Shown here in pieces: positions 33,206 to 37,770 of a stretch of 37,770 nucleotides of DNA. The notes under the pieces are model-generated. The model saw nothing but the letters and a program-made list of their open reading frames with translations. It had not been told where the DNA came from and ran no database searches. The stretch comes from Macrostomum lignano. Its lineage: Eukaryota. Numbering within the stretch: the first letter of the stretch is position 1; every line of letters starts with the position of its first letter. Position numbers and translations under genes: made by a program. The DNA lies in contig NIVC01003867.1 in assembly GCA_002269645.1 (NCBI GenBank), positions 1-37,770 of the forward strand, read 5' to 3'.

Positions 33206-34563
33206 TCAAAAATGTTGCCCAGTTTTGACCTGCCCGCAATTGCACGCGCTCAACAGCTTGATCCAACGTTGCCATCTCAGTCCAGCACTTTCAAGTTGTT
33301 CGACATCGGACTGACGGACTGTCAACTGCTTTGCGAAACTTCATACCCCAATCCGCGACCAGTCGTTTCACCAGAGTTGCGAAAACACATCTTCACATCG
33401 ATTCATTCATTGGCCCATCCTGGTGTCAAGGCTAGCTGTTGATTGATCACCCATCGCTACTTCTGGCCGGAGATCTCTCGCGATGCGCGCCGTTGGACGG
33501 AGGAATGCCTACAATGCCAAGCCAACAAGGTGACTTAGCATGTACACCGAAAATTACACCAGTTACCGACTCCCTCTCAGCGATTCGCGACGGTGCACAT
33601 GGATATCGTCGGACCACAAACACCACCAGAGGCTAACGGTCAACAACAACCACATTATCTACTTACAGTCATCGACGCATACACCCGATGGTTGGAGGCC
33701 ATGCCGCTGATGGACATCTCTGCCGCATCTGTAGCGCAAGGATTCCTCAGCGCCTGGGTGTCCCGCTTTGGCCCACCTCTGACGCTCATTACAGACCAGG
33801 GCGCCCAGTTCCGTGCAGAGCTCATGGCAGAGTTTACCAAGCTATTTGGCATCCATCACATAAGAACCTCAGCGTATAACCCCCGAGCCAATGGCCTGGT
33901 GGAGCGAGCGCACCGCTCTCTGAAAGCTGCTCTTCGGGCGCGAGGTCGCTGCTGGTTACAGCAGCTACCGATTGTCCTACTCGGACTACGAATTCAGCCT
34001 GACGATGCTGGCCACTGTCCATTCTCCGGTGTAACGGGAGAGCAACCGATCGTACCACCGTTAGTCACAGAGGATGCCAGCCTGAGCCAACTATCCCATC
34101 GTCTTCACAATCTGTTCTACCCGTACCGTCTGCCACGCACGCGCGCAACACCGGTGCACCTTCCGGACAACCTACAGGGCTGCAGCCACGTCTGGCTCCG
34201 GCTCGACCGGGTCCGTAAGCCGTTGGAGGCACCTTACCAAGGTCCATTTCGTGTTCTGCACCGTTCACCGCTCACCTTTACACTCGACATCAGCGGGACA
34301 CCCACAAGCGTTGCAATCGACCGCGTTAAGCCAGCACGATTGCCCAGTCTCCAGCGCGATGAGCCCACCAAGGCCACCGGGATGGATGAGCCCATCCGAG
34401 CAAGGTTGAGACCCCGCTGTGTCACCTTTGCTTAAACTTTGTGTGGTTTGTGCCCCTACGGACACTACGAACATGTTCTTGTTTGCACATGAGGCCGTTT
34501 TCATGATATTACTGTACCGAACCGATGCATATCTAGTTATCTTCCTTTTGGGAGGGGGGTAGT
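33206..34563 (+). pseudogene. Gypsy integrase (HHCC zinc finger, DDE core, tail), 3' UTR and PPT, inverted relative to gag
   Basis: IHSLAHPG...RYFWP...ECLQCQ...VHMDIVGP...IDAYTRW...LITDQGAQF...AYNPRANGLVERAHRSLK, with two in-frame stops upstream of the core. PPT GGGAGGGGGG at 34550-34559. Confidence 0.92.
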
Positions 34564-34575
34564 TATAGCACTATG

Positions 34576-34706
34576 TGGCTTCTTAGCTTAGCGCTGTGGA
34601 ACTGTATTTCACCGTTAACATTTGCCATAAATAATAGAATCGTACTTATATATTATCAACGGCTGTGTAGTGTTGTAGTGTTATATCTACAACACATAGT
34701 GCTATA
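34576..34706 (-). mobile_element. 5' LTR, first ~130 bp, of the CsRn1-like element; TSD AGCC at 34707-34710
   Basis: Aligns with 25921-26049 (7 substitutions and one 2-bp indel by eye). It starts TATAGC at 34706 next to AT-rich host DNA. Confidence 0.8.
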
Positions 34707-35457
34707 AGCCAAATTGAATTATTTTCAAAAACAAAAAATCATTTGCTCACTATACTTTACTGGATATCTGTGTAAAATTTCAGCTGAAAATGTTCTCCAT
34801 GGAGAATGCTAGTGTGGTTACAGGATATTTATTTTGCGCTTCAAAGTAGGAGTTTATTGCGATGCATGGTTGCTTTTAATTATTTTTATCAACAATAGTG
34901 CTCTATTTCACAACAATTTTTTACAAAAAGATAATAAGACATTTTTTCCTAATTATCTGTATCAAAATGTATCGTTTAAAGCGCACATTCTAGACGTCAG
35001 CCGAAAAATACATTTTGTGAGACGCTAAAGAGGCTATCACACCGGAAATGCTAGGCGTACAGTTAAGCGTCTATAAAAGCATTTATAGTGCAGTCTAATA
35101 GAGCTTTAAAAAAATTCCTAAATTAAATTTATATAAGCTTTCATTTTAAATGTAGTATAGCAAGTTTTCAACACAACAACAACTTTTTTAGCTACAGACA
35201 TCTTGTAGTATCAAAAATTAACATCGGCGAAATGATTGAATTTGAATTTTTTCATCGCTTAATATCGCTTAATACCGCAAGATGATTAACACTTTTGCAT
35301 GATAAAGTTCAACCCAAAAATTATATTTATTCACAGATGAAAGTGTTCCATTATTTTCAATACGGCAGTAACAGTAGGAAATGTTCGGAAAATTTTTAAA
35401 ATTTTTGCTCCTCCCAGAATTTGCGAACGACCCCGGTAGTCATTTTCAATATACAAC

Positions 35458-36622
35458 ACCTGCGGCGCCAAAAAGAGTGCCTGCGGCAGCCAAAATGACT
35501 GCCTGCGACGCTAAAATGAGTGCCTGATGCGCCAAAATTATGACTGCCTGCTGCGGCGCTAAAATAAGTGCCTGCGGCGCTAAAATGAGTGCCTGCGGCG
35601 CTAAAATGAGTGCCTGCGGTGCTAAAATGAGTGCCTGCGGTGCTAAAATGAGTGCCTGCGGCGCCAAAATGAGTGCCTGCGGCACTAAAATGAGTGCCTG
35701 CGGCACTAAAATGAGTGCCTGCGGTGCTAAAATGAGTGCCTGCGGCGCTAAAATGAGTGCCTGCGGCACTAAAATGAGTGCCTGCGGCACTAAAATGAGT
35801 GCCTGCGGTGCTAAAATGAGTGCCTGCGGTGCTAAAATGAGTGCCTGCGGCGCTAAAATGACTGCCTGCGTCGCTAAAATGACTGCCTGCTGCGGCGCTA
35901 AAATGAGTGCCTGCGGTGCTAAAATGAGTGCCTGCGGTGCTAAAATGACTGCCTGCGTCGCTAAAATGACTGCCTGCTGCGGCGCTAAAATGAGTGCCTG
36001 CGGCGCTAAAATGAGTGCCTGCGGCGCTAAAATGACTGCCTGCGTCGCTAAAATGACTGCCTGCTGCGGCGCTAAAATAAGTGCCTGCGGCGCTAAAATG
36101 AGTGCCCGCGGCTCTAAAATGACTGCCTGCGGCACTAAAATGACTGCCTGCGACGCTAAAATGAGTGCCTGATGCGCCAAAATTATGACTGCCTGCTGCG
36201 GCGCTAAAATAAGTGCCTGCGGCGCTAAAATGAGTGCCCGCGGCTCTAAAATGACTGCCTGCGGCACTAAAATGAGTGCCCGCGGCTCTAAAATGACTGC
36301 CTGCGGCACTAAAATGAGTGCCTGCGGTGCTAAAATGAGTGCCTGATGCGCCAAAATTATGACTGCCTGCTGCGGCGCTAAAATAAGTACCTGCGGCGCT
36401 AAAATGAGTGCCCGCGGCTCTAAAATGACTGCCTGCGGCACTAAAATGAGTGCCTGCGGTGCTAAAATGAGTGCCTGCGGCGCAAAAATGAGTGCCTGCG
36501 GCGCTAAAATGACTGCCTGCGTCGCTAAAATGACTGCCTGCGGCACTAAAATGAGTGCCTGCGGTGCTAAAATGAGTGCCTGCGGCGCAAAAATGAGTGC
36601 CTGCGGCGCTAAAATGAGTGCT
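35458..36622. repeat. 21-bp minisatellite (GCCTGCGGCGCTAAAATGAGT) with 24-bp variants and repeated variant blocks
   Basis: Seen directly, about 54 units. Confidence 0.95.
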
Positions 36623-37174
36623 GACAACATTAGTGGCGACGACGCCCCTGTTGGTCAAGTTATGAGCAGTCGACCAACATAGCAACGTAGCTCAGAATCT
36701 AATCAGTCCTCATCATCAACATGGGGCAATTTGCATGAGTATCGAAAATCGATCATTGTAAATATATATGTACATGCATGCATACTTAAATCTTGGTGCA
36801 ATCTACGTACATGTATGCTGTAGTATTCCGGATCAAGGACTACTTAACGAAGTGACTTCAGTGGTCCTAATTGTTCCGGATGTGTATACGCAAATGTATG
36901 AACGACTGACTGCAGTGGACCTGACCTCACAGATATTCATGCATGCATTGATGTCCTATCTCATCAGTAAATTCTCTGAGAACCACTGCAGCTTAACAAA
37001 GAAATGAAATAGAAAATGCACATCATGACGTATTGCTGAACGTACGAGTAATTAATTAACCATTTTATTCGATTTTTTTGTTTTAAATATTGATGGCTTA
37101 AGTAATTTTTCAGAAGCCCATGCAGTTCATGAGCGCGAGTCTACACACAGCGTGTCACTCAATTAGTTTGGTAT

Positions 37175-37402
37175 CTAGCTCCTGGTCTGACACAGGATGG
37201 AGAGCCGGGCGGTCCTGGGGTCAGACTGGTCCAACAGACTCATGGAGTCGCACAGCAGGCCGAGGCCCATCTGGATCACTTTTTCGAGATCTTGGCTCAG
37301 CTCGGCGGCGTTGCGAGCGCCACGCTGAGCGGCCATGACGGAGGGCGTCGAGCAGAGCAGCAGAGCGAGCAACAGCAGGGAGAGCGCGGCTGTGCGGATC
37401 AT
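37175..37402 (-). CDS. 75-aa secreted peptide (signal peptide + ~51-aa mature region with two Cys), single exon
   Basis: MIRTAALSLLLLALLLCSTPSVMA is a textbook signal peptide. Start context GCC ATG; TATAAA at 37444-37439; AATAAA at 37069-37064; GC-rich coding island in AT-rich flanks. Confidence 0.75.
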   Translation of the reverse strand: MIRTAALSLLLLALLLCSTPSVMAAQRGARNAAELSQDLEKVIQMGLGLLCDSMSLLDQSDPRTARLSILCQTRS

Positions 37403-37770
37403 GGCGGTGTAGTCAGCTTTTTAAATTTCGAGTCCGGCTTTATAAGATTACTTGGAGATTGCTTTGGAGTTAGTTCGACTTCTTGCTCCTGGGGTCTGCG
37501 CAGCTCGCTGACTATTTGTAGGATCTTCTGACCGGAAACAATCATGCAAAAATTGGTCTAAATTTTTTTATTTGTTTGCAATTGCCCCTCTTTACAGACA
37601 GCGTTCAGGTGCAAGTGCACGATTTTCAAGCCAGCAGTGATTTGCATTACAGTTTATTGCTAGCTTTTTTAGTCGTTTTTAGGCACACACGTTGAATTGC
37701 CACGTCAGATTTTGCCAATTTTTTCGAGCAGGTCTAAATTAGTGACATGGTCTACTAGCAGTCCGTGTTT

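Noticed and set aside
37175-37402. Signal-peptide ORF as the first exon of the EGF-TM gene
   Set aside because: No convincing phase-1 donor before its stop, and it has its own AATAAA about 105 nt downstream.

Overview
This is animal genomic DNA with spliceosomal introns and many repeats. The style resembles a free-living flatworm such as Macrostomum, but that assignment is inference. All recognised host genes lie on the minus strand: (1) a two-coding-exon SAMD1-like gene (winged helix + SAM, about 487 aa); (2) a complete seven-coding-exon epsin (ENTH, 2 UIM, DPW, clathrin box, 3 NPF, about 594 aa); (3) three intact 3' exons of an EGF-EGF-transmembrane gene whose 5' part is not visible; (4) a compact single-exon gene for a 75-aa secreted peptide. 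Mobile DNA includes the 5' end of an apparently intact BEL/Pao retrotransposon, four copies of a tRNA-headed CORE-like SINE, a MITE, a decayed Mag-type gypsy 3' end, and a 34-bp hAT-like element made only of two TIRs with an 8-bp TSD. The most notable structure is 25854-34706, whose two LTR termini (TA...CA) are flanked by the same 4-bp AGCC target duplication. Inside it, a CsRn1-like gypsy element is scrambled: RT/RH are missing, the integrase is inverted and partly duplicated, and about 5.3 kb of host-type DNA carrying the EGF-TM exons sits in the middle. At least ten different minisatellites occur, and several appear to have been seeded from splice or stop signals. Most long ORFs in the supplied track are repeat artefacts, and several of its 'M' starts are TTG/GTG. 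All alignments and counts were done by eye.
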